This document shows, piece by piece, positions 24,691 through 34,500 of a stretch of DNA of 64,000 bases. The stretch is from the NCBI GenBank assembly GCA_963713045.1, contig CAVQKE010000004.1, forward strand, positions 864,001 through 928,000. The letters are read 5' to 3'. Numbering within the stretch: the first letter of the stretch is position 1; each line of letters starts with the position of its first letter. The notes beneath the pieces are model-generated. The model did not search any database and was not told where the DNA came from. It saw only the letters and a program-made list of their open reading frames with translations. The position numbers and the translations under genes were made by a program. Source of the DNA: an uncultured delta proteobacterium (GTDB lineage Bacteria > Myxococcota > Myxococcia > Myxococcales > Myxococcaceae).

Positions 24691-25287
24691 TCACCCGTCG
24701 CGCAGCTCGACGTTCCAGTAGCTCGCGTCGGACAGCGAGAGAAAGGGCTGCCATTCGCGGTAACTCACGCGCCGCACTGCCCCCCGGAAGAGCGGCGTCC
24801 AACGGGGCCGCAACGGCCGACCAAGGAGCATCATCCCAGCCTGCTCGGGGGTCCGCCCACCCTTTCGCAGGTTGCAGGGGAGGCAGCTGCACACCACGTT
24901 TTCCCAGGTGGTGCGGCCGCCGTGGGCCCGCGGGACCACATGGTCGAGGTTCAGCTCGCTGCGCGGCAGCGTCCGCGCGCAGTATTGGCAGGTGTCGCGG
25001 TCGCGAGCGTAAATGTTCACCCGACTAAAGCGCACTCTGCCCTTCGGCAGGTGGTCGTAGGCCGTCAACACCACCACCCGGGGCACGCGCAGCGTCCGTT
25101 GCACGGTGCTGACGCTGTCATGGCCTGCCGCGCTGAGGGCAGACCAGTTGACAAAGTCATACAGCTGGAACTGGTCGTCCAGCGCCTTGGCCACCCCTTG
25201 GTAGAGGAGCACGAAGGCGCGTCGGACCGACGTTACGTGCACCGGGCGGAAGGAGCGGTTGAGAACGAGCGCGTGGGTGTTGAGCAT
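24691..25287 (-). CDS. HNH endonuclease (McrA/HNH_5-like)
   Basis: LVLNRSF, RDRDTCQYC, LDHVVPRAHGGRTTWENVVCSCLPCN. Confidence 0.9.
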   Translation of the reverse strand: MLNTHALVLNRSFRPVHVTSVRRAFVLLYQGVAKALDDQFQLYDFVNWSALSAAGHDSVSTVQRTLRVPRVVVLTAYDHLPKGRVRFSRVNIYARDRDTCQYCARTLPRSELNLDHVVPRAHGGRTTWENVVCSCLPCNLRKGGRTPEQAGMMLLGRPLRPRWTPLFRGAVRRVSYREWQPFLSLSDASYWNVELRDG

Positions 25288-25295
25288 GAGGAGCT

Positions 25296-26681
25296 TCAGA
25301 GCATCCGGGCAGCGGCCGCCACCGCCTGGGCAAGGCGTTCCAACTGCAGGTCGGCGATGCAGCGTACGTCGAGGAGGAGACGTCCTTCTGCAATGCGCCC
25401 CACCACGGCTGGGTCCCCCTCGCGCAGCCGCGACAGCAGCGCCTCGGCGTCTCCCGACAGGGCACAGGCAAAGGAGGAAAGCCGTGCCAGCGGCAAAGTG
25501 CCCCCACCGGCCTGCCCCTCGACGGCAAGCACTTCCGAGGCGACTCGCTGGTTGTCCAGTGCCTTCTGAAGTCTCTCGGCGCGATGGTGAAGCGTGGCCG
25601 CTGGCTGCGACAACAGGGCGCGCGCCGGAACGGCATCCGCCTGGCCGTCCCGGTAGAGGGCGAGCGTCGCTTCCAAGGCGGCGACCGTCATCTTGTCCAC
25701 CCGGAGCGCCCGGTGCAGGGGGTGGTTGCGCAGTCGGGCGACCAGAGGGGAACGGCCGACGATGATTCCCGCCTGAGGCCCTCCGAGTAGCTTGTCGCCG
25801 GAGAAGGCCACCAAGTCCGCTCCGGCTTCGACGTGGTCGCGCATCGTTACCTCGACGCCGAGACCTGGAACGTCCAAGGGAAGCAGGTGGCCGGAACCGG
25901 CGTCCACAAAGAGCGGGAGCCCGCGCGGGGCGCAGAGGGGGACCAACTCGGCGACCGAGGCCTCCTCGGTGAAGCCGACCAAAGCGAAGTTGGACCGGTG
26001 CACTTTCGCCACCAGGCCGGTGTTCTCACCCAGCGCCTGCTCATAGTCCGAGCGCCGCGTGCGGTTGGTGGTGCCAACCTCCACCAGCGTGGCGCGGGAC
26101 TGGCGCATCACGTCCGGAATCCGGAAGCCGCCGCCAATCTCCACCAATTCCCCGCGCGAGACGACCACCTCCCTGCCCTCGGCCAGCGCGGTCAAGACGA
26201 GGAGGGTCGCCGCCGCACAGTTGTTGACCACCAGCGCGTCCTCGGCCCCGGTGAGGCGGCAGAGGGACTCCACCACCGGGGCAAATCGGGACCCACGCTC
26301 GCCGTCCAGAAGGTCGAATTCCAGGTTGCAGTACCCTTCGGAGATGAGCGAAACCTGAGCGCGGGCCGCCGCTGGAAGGGGGGCCCGTCCCAGGTTGGTG
26401 TGCAACACCACGCCCGTGGCGTTGAGGACCGGCCGAAGCTTCGGCTGTTCCAGACGCGCCAGGGCGCGGTGCACCTCGGAGACGTCGAATGGATGACCGT
26501 CGGCGCTTCGAAGCCGGGCACGCGCTCCGGCCAGGGCCACCCGCACGGCCTCCACCACCCGGGGACGCGGGTGCTCCGCCAAAGCAGCGGCGAGCTCGGG
26601 CAAAGCGAGGACCTTGTCCACCGACGGCAGCGCGCGCCGTCGTTCGTTGGCCCGAGGGCCGCTCGCGGAACGGATGCTCAT
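25296..26681 (-). CDS. selA: L-seryl-tRNA(Sec) selenium transferase
   Basis: NATGVVLHTNLGRAP, SRGELVEIGGGFRIPD, EVGTTNRT, FSGDKLLGGPQAG. Confidence 0.96.
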   Translation of the reverse strand: MSIRSASGPRANERRRALPSVDKVLALPELAAALAEHPRPRVVEAVRVALAGARARLRSADGHPFDVSEVHRALARLEQPKLRPVLNATGVVLHTNLGRAPLPAAARAQVSLISEGYCNLEFDLLDGERGSRFAPVVESLCRLTGAEDALVVNNCAAATLLVLTALAEGREVVVSRGELVEIGGGFRIPDVMRQSRATLVEVGTTNRTRRSDYEQALGENTGLVAKVHRSNFALVGFTEEASVAELVPLCAPRGLPLFVDAGSGHLLPLDVPGLGVEVTMRDHVEAGADLVAFSGDKLLGGPQAGIIVGRSPLVARLRNHPLHRALRVDKMTVAALEATLALYRDGQADAVPARALLSQPAATLHHRAERLQKALDNQRVASEVLAVEGQAGGGTLPLARLSSFACALSGDAEALLSRLREGDPAVVGRIAEGRLLLDVRCIADLQLERLAQAVAAAARML

Positions 26682-26741
26682 CTCGAAGGCAAACTCTAGG
26701 CGGCACAGACGCGTCTCGCCAACCGGTGCAATGCCGCTGGC

Positions 26742-29054
26742 TCAGCGCTGGGGTGGCGGGCTGGCCCTTGCCTGTGGCGCCTCCGGCCAACCCACCTGCA
26801 GCGAGCTTGAGAGCTGGGGCCCACCGAGAAGGCGGTAGGTGTTGTAGCTGCGCAGCACCCGCTTCACGTAGCCACGCGTTTCCGCCAATGGAATCTCTTC
26901 GACGAAGGCATCGACGTCGAGTCCACTGCGGGCTGCGCGCCAATGGTCGACGCTGGAAGCTCCCGCGTTGTAGCTCGCCAGGGCGTACACCGGGTTTCCA
27001 CCAAAGCGTGCCAGCAGCCGACCCAGGTAGGCGGCCCCCAGCTGAATGTTCAGGGCCGGGTCGAAAAGTCCTTCCGAGGAAGGCTTCCCGAGGCGCAGCT
27101 CCCGCGCCACGGCCTCGGCGGTCGGCAGCATCAGCTGGGTGAGGCCGAGCGCCCCGGCCCAAGAAAGCGCGCGCGGGTCGAGTGCGCTCTCCTCGCGCAT
27201 CAGCGCCTGAAGGAGGTCCGGGTCGACGTGAGGAGACTTGCAGTAGCGCTCCACCAAGTCGCGGTAGGCCCTGGGGTAGGCCGCCTCCCAGACGTCCCGG
27301 AATTCGGGCACCACTGGGCCCTTCAGCGCCCAGCCGAGCTCGCTTCGCGCCAGCGCCTGGGCAGCACGGAGGTCACCGGTCCGAGCGAGCGCCTGCACCA
27401 GCACCCGCGTCACGTCCCGCGGCTGCTGGCTTCGGGGGACGGCCAAAAATTCTTGGCTGGCAGCCTCCGAGAAGCCGAGTGCACTGAGCTGCATCGCGGC
27501 GCGGTAGTGCGCGTTGCGCGGCAATTCCCCTGCGTCGACGCGTGTGGGTTCAGGCGTGGGCCAGGAGGCCATCGCCTGCTGCGCCAATGGCAGAGAGGCG
27601 GCCGGGTCGCGCTCAGCCAGGCGGGTCCGGGCCAGAAGCCCGTAGTAGGTGGTGGGGTGCGCGCGCGCGAGCGCGGTCCAGACACCAGTTGCCGAGGCTC
27701 GGTCGCCTTGAGAGTCGAGCACCCGGCCCCGCCAGTAGCGCGCACGCTCAACGTCATAGGAGTCCGGCGCCTGGGCGAAGAGGTCCTCGATGCGGTCCAG
27801 CGCCGCCAAGGCCGCCTGGTCGTCCTCCAGCCGGTGGTGAAGCCAAAACGTCTTGAAGAGCGCCTCGCCGGCGAAGTCCCCGTCGGGGTAGCGCCTGGCC
27901 ACCGCCTCGAGGCCGGCGAGGGCGCCGGCGATGTCCCCGCCCGCGGCCCGCAGGTCGGCGGCGAGGTACAAGGCGTCGTCGGCGTAAGGGTGTTGGGGGA
28001 ACTGCTGCGCCAGCATGTCGTAAGTGGCCACCGCCGCCTCGGGGCGGACGACGGCCTGTGATGTCCCCAGCAAATAAAGCGCTCGAACGCGGACGTCCGG
28101 GTCCGTGCAGCCGGACACCACGGGCGCAAGGACCCGCTCCACCTCCGCGTGGCGCCGCTCCTTGCGCAACGCCCGTCCCCGGGCGAGCTGCGCCCGGCAA
28201 CCCAGCGGGTCCGGAGGCGCCAGCCGTAACACCTCAAGCAGCCGTAAGGCCTCCGCGCTGCGGTGCAAGTCCAGCAGCGCCTCGGCGCGTTCTACCTGTG
28301 CCGCGGGGGCAAGGTGCCCAGCGAGCCGCCGCTCGGCTTCCGCCGAAAAGCCGGAGCGCGGATGGCGCGTCCAAAGCAGCAGCAACTCGGCGCGCTCGGC
28401 CAGGCCATCCCGTTGGTCGCGGGCCAGCTCAGCCCGCAGCAGCAGCGCCTCGGCCGCGACGTCCTTGCCGGTGGCAGGCGCGGCCCCCGAGGCCAGAGGG
28501 GCAAGCGACGCCGATGCGCCAGCGAGGTTTCCCATGCGTCGCAGCACCCTCGCCAGCCCGAGCCGGGCCTCGCTCGACACCAGCGAGTCCTCGGGAACGC
28601 TGGCAAACAGCCGGTGGGCCGCCACCAGGTCCCCCAACTCCTCTCGCGCCAGCGCCGCATACAGCGCGCAGCGGTCCGCCACCGCCGGAAGCCGGGCCGA
28701 CAGCCGTTCCATGGTGGCCGCCAGCTCGGCCGACGGCGTCAGCCGTAGGCCAGCCAGCGTCCGGAGGAAGAGGACTTCGAGCTCGTTGGGAAGGGCGGCC
28801 AACAGCCGGAGCGCTGTCGCGGGCTGGCCAGCTTCGAGGGCAGCCGCTGCGTCGGCTTTCGCTCCGACCGCCGGCGAAGGGAGGAGGTCCGCCAGCAGGG
28901 TGAGGCGGGTCGGTGGGGCCTGAAAAGCTGGAAATGCTGGATTTTCTAGTTCCAACACGTCCGAGGCAGAACTCGACTGAGGGGCCTGCGCACCGACACT
29001 CCCCGAAAGGAGGAGGACGCATGGCACGGCGAGCTGCGCTGAATGGAGTGGCAC
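26742..29054 (-). CDS. TPR-containing soluble lytic transglycosylase (Slt family); start uncertain
   Basis: LMREES, GALGLTQLM, ALASYNAG, EIPLAETRGYVKRV; TPR array upstream; signal-like stretch after GTG 29054. Confidence 0.88.
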   Translation of the reverse strand: MPLHSAQLAVPCVLLLSGSVGAQAPQSSSASDVLELENPAFPAFQAPPTRLTLLADLLPSPAVGAKADAAAALEAGQPATALRLLAALPNELEVLFLRTLAGLRLTPSAELAATMERLSARLPAVADRCALYAALAREELGDLVAAHRLFASVPEDSLVSSEARLGLARVLRRMGNLAGASASLAPLASGAAPATGKDVAAEALLLRAELARDQRDGLAERAELLLLWTRHPRSGFSAEAERRLAGHLAPAAQVERAEALLDLHRSAEALRLLEVLRLAPPDPLGCRAQLARGRALRKERRHAEVERVLAPVVSGCTDPDVRVRALYLLGTSQAVVRPEAAVATYDMLAQQFPQHPYADDALYLAADLRAAGGDIAGALAGLEAVARRYPDGDFAGEALFKTFWLHHRLEDDQAALAALDRIEDLFAQAPDSYDVERARYWRGRVLDSQGDRASATGVWTALARAHPTTYYGLLARTRLAERDPAASLPLAQQAMASWPTPEPTRVDAGELPRNAHYRAAMQLSALGFSEAASQEFLAVPRSQQPRDVTRVLVQALARTGDLRAAQALARSELGWALKGPVVPEFRDVWEAAYPRAYRDLVERYCKSPHVDPDLLQALMREESALDPRALSWAGALGLTQLMLPTAEAVARELRLGKPSSEGLFDPALNIQLGAAYLGRLLARFGGNPVYALASYNAGASSVDHWRAARSGLDVDAFVEEIPLAETRGYVKRVLRSYNTYRLLGGPQLSSSLQVGWPEAPQARASPPPQR

Positions 29055-29187
29055 GGTGGCGAACAGCGCACAGCATGCAGGAGCTGCTACAGCTTGTCCA
29101 AGTGGCCACCGCGGCACGGCTGCCAGGCAGGGAACGGGGCAGACCGGACGGGGCGGCGCTACACTCGCACGTTGGGGACAACCCACC

Positions 29188-31374
29188 TTGGACGTCCGCA
29201 CCCAAACCGCGCTGCTCGCCTCCATCGTCGCCACGGCGCTGGGGCTGTCGATGGTGCTTCGTCCACACCACGCCCGGGTGGTGACGGCCTACTCGCTGTT
29301 CGCCTTCAGTGTGGCCGGCTTCTACCTGTTTACCTTTCTCGAGTCGGTGTGCCTCAGCAACGGGCTCCTCGGCTGGCCGGAGCGCATCAGCCTCGGCGCG
29401 AGGCTACTCGCTGGCGTCCTCGTCCCAAGTGCTGCCTTGGCGTTTTTCTTGGAGTTTCTGGGCGGCGGCAGCGCTGGCCGAAGGACCAGCCGTCGGGTGG
29501 CGACGCTGAGTGGAATTCTTGGACTCGGCGTGGCGGTGAGCCCGCTTGCCCGCTCCTGGTGGGGGGGCGGCCTGGTGATGGTGTGGGGCGCCGGGGCGCT
29601 TCTTGGCTCCGTCTCCCTTCTGGTGTGGCGCATTCGGCAGAGCGACTCGCGGACCGAGCGTGCCCGGCTGGCCTATCTCGCCATCGGTGCCGCCGCGTCC
29701 CTCTTCTTCTCGGGGCTCGACCTTTTAGGTGTCCTGGGCGTGCCGGTTCCGACCCTCGGCCCGGTGGTGACGACGCTGTACCTCTTCTTCCTCGCACAGA
29801 CGCTCCTGCGCCTGCGGCTGATGGACCTCCATGAGTTGCTTGGGAAGGTGGCTAGCCAAAGCGTCCTGGCGGTGATGCTGGCGGCGGTGTTTCTGGTGTT
29901 GACTGCCTGGGTGAAGGAGCGCGAGTCGCTCTTCGTCTTCAACACCATCCTCGCTGCCTTTGTCATCGGCATCCTGCTCGAGCCGCTCAGGGCCAAGGTG
30001 GACCAGCAGGTGGTCCACATCTTCTTCCGCGAGCGCAGCGAGCTGCTGGCCTCGCTGGCGTCATTGCGCGGTCGGCTGGCCAACGTCATCGACGTGGCCG
30101 AGGGGGCGGCGATGACCCTCGACGCCCTCAACGAGACCCGCCGCGTGACGCATGCCTCCCTGTACCTGCTGGCCGAGGACCGCCCCGGCTACCGGCTGTT
30201 GGACCACCGGGGGCCAGCGCCAGTGCCCTTCTTGGACGCCGCCGGGGCACGGGGCCTGCTGGCTGCCGCCAGCAGCGGCGAGAAGGCCCTGCTGCTCGAA
30301 AACCTGGAGCGGCGCATCGAAGAGATGCGCCAGCGGGTCCCCGAGGGCCGCCGTGGCCGAGAGGAACTGCGCCGGATGATGGACACTCGGACGGCACTCG
30401 GTTTGATGAAGGCTGGCATCAGCGTTCCGCTTTCCGGCAATGACCGCGTCATCGGCTTCCTCAACCTCTTCGACGAGCGGGTACCGGAGGCCTACGCCTC
30501 CGATGAAATCGCCATGGTGTTGGATGTCGCCGAGCGGCTGGCGACGGTGGTGGAGAACAGCAAGCTGTACGAAAGGATGCGCGAGCGCGACCGGCTGGCG
30601 GCTCTGGGTGAGATGGCTGCCGGCCTGGCCCACGAAATTCGCAATCCCCTGGGGGCCATCAAAGGCGCAGCCCAGTGCCTCAGCCCGCGAGAGCACACCG
30701 GCGAGGACGCTGAGTTCCTCCAGGTCATCGTCGAGGAGGTCAACCGCCTCAACGGCGTGGTGAGCGAGTTCCTCGACTACGCGCGGCCGATGAAGCAGAA
30801 CTTCGGGGCGACCGATATCAACCAAGTCGTCGCCAGAACCATCCGGCTCTTGCAGAATGAAGTGCCACCCCACCTGACGCTGGACGTGCAGCTTGGCGAA
30901 AACCTCCCTCTGGTGGATGCCGACGCCGAGCAGTTGAAGCAAGTTCTCCTTAACCTCGTCCAGAACGCCATCCAGGCGATGGGCGAGCGGCCGGGGCGCA
31001 TCCGGGTGCAGACGTCTGGACCGGAACGCTTCCAGGACCTGCGTGGCGGTCAGGAATTCGTCGAAGTGGAAGTCGTCGACGAGGGACCCGGCATTCCAAG
31101 CGACCAGCAGCCGCACATTTTCGTCCCCTTCTACACCACCAAACAGACGGGAACTGGACTCGGCCTGGCCATTTGCCAGCGGATTGTGAAGAGCCACGGT
31201 GGCACCATCTCCGTGCAGAGCCGCGCCGGAGAGGGCTCGGCCTTCCTGGTGCGGCTGCCCGGCATTGCGGCTGAGCGCGCGGCGGAGCGGCCTGCCGAGG
31301 CCACGCCGGCACCCGGCGACGTGCAGTTACCGCGCGCCAGCCGCGCCCGGACACGGCGCCAAAATTCGGCCTGA
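29188..31374 (+). CDS. Membrane sensor histidine kinase (multi-TM, GAF, HisKA, HATPase)
   Basis: AAGLAHEIRNPL H-box, QVLLNLVQNA, DEGPGI, FYTTKQTGTGLGL; TTG start at 29188. Confidence 0.92.
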   Translation: MDVRTQTALLASIVATALGLSMVLRPHHARVVTAYSLFAFSVAGFYLFTFLESVCLSNGLLGWPERISLGARLLAGVLVPSAALAFFLEFLGGGSAGRRTSRRVATLSGILGLGVAVSPLARSWWGGGLVMVWGAGALLGSVSLLVWRIRQSDSRTERARLAYLAIGAAASLFFSGLDLLGVLGVPVPTLGPVVTTLYLFFLAQTLLRLRLMDLHELLGKVASQSVLAVMLAAVFLVLTAWVKERESLFVFNTILAAFVIGILLEPLRAKVDQQVVHIFFRERSELLASLASLRGRLANVIDVAEGAAMTLDALNETRRVTHASLYLLAEDRPGYRLLDHRGPAPVPFLDAAGARGLLAAASSGEKALLLENLERRIEEMRQRVPEGRRGREELRRMMDTRTALGLMKAGISVPLSGNDRVIGFLNLFDERVPEAYASDEIAMVLDVAERLATVVENSKLYERMRERDRLAALGEMAAGLAHEIRNPLGAIKGAAQCLSPREHTGEDAEFLQVIVEEVNRLNGVVSEFLDYARPMKQNFGATDINQVVARTIRLLQNEVPPHLTLDVQLGENLPLVDADAEQLKQVLLNLVQNAIQAMGERPGRIRVQTSGPERFQDLRGGQEFVEVEVVDEGPGIPSDQQPHIFVPFYTTKQTGTGLGLAICQRIVKSHGGTISVQSRAGEGSAFLVRLPGIAAERAAERPAEATPAPGDVQLPRASRARTRRQNSA

Positions 31375-31403
31375 GTCCTCGGACACCCGGGTCTGCCCAG
31401 CTT

Positions 31404-31429
31404 GCAAACTTTGCGAGGCAAAAGTTTGC
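31404..31429. promoter_or_regulatory. Inverted repeat, candidate enhancer-binding-protein site
   Basis: GCAAACTTT-8 nt-AAAGTTTGC, centred about 85 bp upstream of the sigma-54 GG. Confidence 0.5.
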
Positions 31430-31500
31430 TCCGGATGTGAAGCGACCCTCCGGCTCGCCCCCAACCTGCCGGAGTTGCTGAGACATCTCGGCGGACGGCG

Positions 31501-31516
31501 TGGCGTAGCACTTGCT
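31501..31516 (+). promoter_or_regulatory. Sigma-54 (-24/-12) promoter of the pilY1/minor pilin operon
   Basis: TGGCGTAGCACTTGCT has the exact TGGC-N7-TTGCW spacing, 21 nt before the pilY1 ATG. Confidence 0.7.
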
Positions 31517-31537
31517 CAACGCCCGCTTGGCTCCCCT

Positions 31538-34500
31538 ATGCACAACCTCTCAAGTCGTACCCGTTCCGTCCAACTGCTGATGGCCTTCGCCTTCGCCGCC
31601 GGGCTCTGCCTTGGCGTCCCGACTGCAGAGGCCCAACCGTTGCCCACGGACACGCCGGGCATCAATTCGTTTTACCCGCCCTACCTCTTCATCATCTTCG
31701 ACACCTCCCAGTCGATGGGTTACTTCCCGGGCGACCCCAACGGCTACCCTGGGTATCTGCTTCAGGATTGGGACCCGACCACGATGACGGTCATTCCCAA
31801 TGACCCCACCTGCCAGAGCAAATTCTGCCTCGGCAAGCGCGCGCTTTACGTTGCGCTGCCGCAGTACTCCTCCCGCATCAACATGGGGCTTGGTACCTAC
31901 AACCAGTACTACGAGACGGCCGCCAACCCGGCGAACTTCGAAACCACCTGCACCTACGACGAGATTGCTTACAACGACGGCAGCTATGGAAATGCAAAGA
32001 CACTGTTTACCGCCGACCCAAGCGTGATTGGAGACCCGGCGCCCAACAGCACCACCGTTCCCGGTGCCCCCTTCACCTGCACGCCCGGGAATTCCGCCAC
32101 CTCCCACACCTGCGAGCGCTGGGCGAACGGCACCGCGAACGCCTACTCCATCACCACGAACCAGTTGGGAAGCCCGGCGTACACCACCGGTTCGACGCTG
32201 ACCCCGTCGAGTGGCCTGGTCTACACCTACTGGAAGAAGTCGAGCGTGACAGTCACCGTGCCGCTCAGCACCTCAGGCTTTGGGGCGAGCTGCCCGGTGA
32301 GTGTCACCGGCTACACCGGAGGGCTGTTCGGCTGCACGGCGGCGAATCCCTGCGACCTCAACGGCGGAACCACCACCCAGGTGGTGACGGGGGTCGTCAG
32401 GACGTACGGGTCGAGCCAAGGCGCGAGTGTCAGCTTTGGTGGCCACACCTACAACGAAAACGGCGGGCAACCGGCGTCGCCGACCTTCACCACCAGCTGC
32501 GGGCTGGCCAGCCCGTATACCGGTACGGGCGCGAGTTGTAACGGCGTCATCGGAGGCTGCACGTTGACGTCGGCTGCACCCGTCACCGTCGATAACGCGG
32601 GTTCGGCCACCGTCTATTACAACAACAACACCCCTGGGGCCGGTTGGGTCGTGGCCAGCACCAGCGCTCAACAGTTCCAGTACGAGTTGACCGGACTCGG
32701 CGAAGTCTGCCCGCCCATTAACACGGTCATCAGCCAAACCACTGGACCCGCTGCCTGGCAGTACCTTGCGACTGAGAAGCAGTCCCAGGACGCGAACTGG
32801 CAGACGGACCCCGGCTGCGACACGTCGCTGCAGCATTCGTGTGTCTGGACGATGATGTCGGTCAACACCGTCAACTTGGAAAACCCACGGACCTATTGTG
32901 TCTTTCAGCGCACCAACACCACCTGGGAGACGACCACCACCACCTGCACCTATACGGCGAAACAGTGGAGTTACACCTATCTCCCGGCGCCCGTCCCCAC
33001 CTGCAACCTCAAGCAATGGACCGTCTATTTCGGACGGCCGAGCTACCAGTACTCCTATCTCCTCAACAACGGCGACCTGGTGGGCGCGACCACCTACATC
33101 TGGAACGGCAACAACGATGCGGTGCCCACCCCGACGGCCGTCACCTACAGCAACGGCAGCTTCTCCAACGGAGATTGCCCCAACCTCATCACCAACGGCG
33201 GCGCGGCCTACCCGGCTTGCAACAACGGCATCGAATGCAAGTTGAGCTGGACGAGCAATCTCACCATCGGAGGCGTCAGCTATCCGCACGGGCGCTGGAG
33301 CCAGGCCGGTGCCGGGCCATTCCCCTACGCCAACCCGGCCACCATCTACCCGGCCTCAGACCCACCCGCGACGCTGACCAGTGCCCTCTGGCCTCCCAAT
33401 CCGATGCTGTATGGCAGCAACTGGCTCTACGGCAGCGGGCACGGTCTGCAGTACTCGGCCACCCTCAACGCCAGCCTCTACAACCCGCTCCTCGCCAATC
33501 CGCCGCCGTCGCAAACGAATTGTGCGACCTGCAGCTTTACCTATTCGTACCTGCCTCCACCCTACCTGCAAACCCAAGACGTCACTTCGCTCATCACCAA
33601 CAACGGGCTGGTTTGGACCAACGCCACCAGCCTGGCTGGTAACCCGACCACCAATGCCAACCTGCCCCCGATGCCGGCCGTCCGAACGGATGGCTGGAGC
33701 CGGGAGTCGAATGGCACGCCGGCCGTAACCTGGACCGCCATCGCTCCCAACAATGCAACTCTCGGGGCGAGTCCGGCGACCAATGGTCCGCTGCTGCAGA
33801 TGCTCTCCAAGTACAATGCGGTGACCAACCCTGCAGGCCTCCGGCGTCCGGCGTACGGCGACTACACGCCGCTCACCGGGACGATGCAATCCGTCGACGC
33901 GTACATGCGGACTGTCATCAACACCGACCCCTACGCCGGTTGCCGCGGCTACTACGTGCTGCTGTTGACGGACGGAGAGGAGCAACCGGCGAACCTCGGC
34001 CTCAACCCGGTCGCTCCCGTCCAGGACATGCGCAGCCCCGCCTTCGGTGGAACGATGATGACGTCGGGCGGCGTCCCGGTGGACGTCAAAACCTTCGTGG
34101 TGGGCTTCGGGCTCTCCTCGAATCAGTTGAACCAGATGGCGCAGGCGGGCGGGACGTCGGTGGGCCCAGACGGTGTCACCTACAGCCCAACGGGCACCGC
34201 CTTTCAGGCGGGCGACTACACGCTGCTTCTGGACTCCCTCAGCGCTGCCTTCGGCAACATTCTATCCGGCTACTTCACCCGCTCGCAGCCAGTGGCCAAC
34301 TCCGTGGGCGATGAGGTGTACATCGGCTACCTGAAGCTGCTGAGCAACGGACGTGAATGGCAGGGGTACCTGGACGCCGTCAACCCGTCCGTCCCCGGAG
34401 GGACCGGCACCTACCCCAACACCGGTTCGCAGCTGTACTGGCAGTACAGCACCTCCATCAACACCCAACCGAGCCGGACCATTTACACCATGCTGGGCAA

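Noticed and set aside
24691..25287. HNH gene as a homing, defence or Cas-related nuclease
   Set aside because: Small stand-alone HNH inside a core operon, with no repeats, methylase, intron or RuvC domain.
26682..26741. tRNA-Sec next to selA
   Set aside because: The gap is only 60 bp and has no cloverleaf.
29021..29066. TGGCACG half-sites upstream of the kinase as sigma-54 promoters
   Set aside because: No TTGC at the required spacing.
31199..31537. N-terminal 113 aa of the 1698-aa ORF
   Set aside because: It overlaps the kinase end and the promoter region; the signal peptide begins at ATG 31538.
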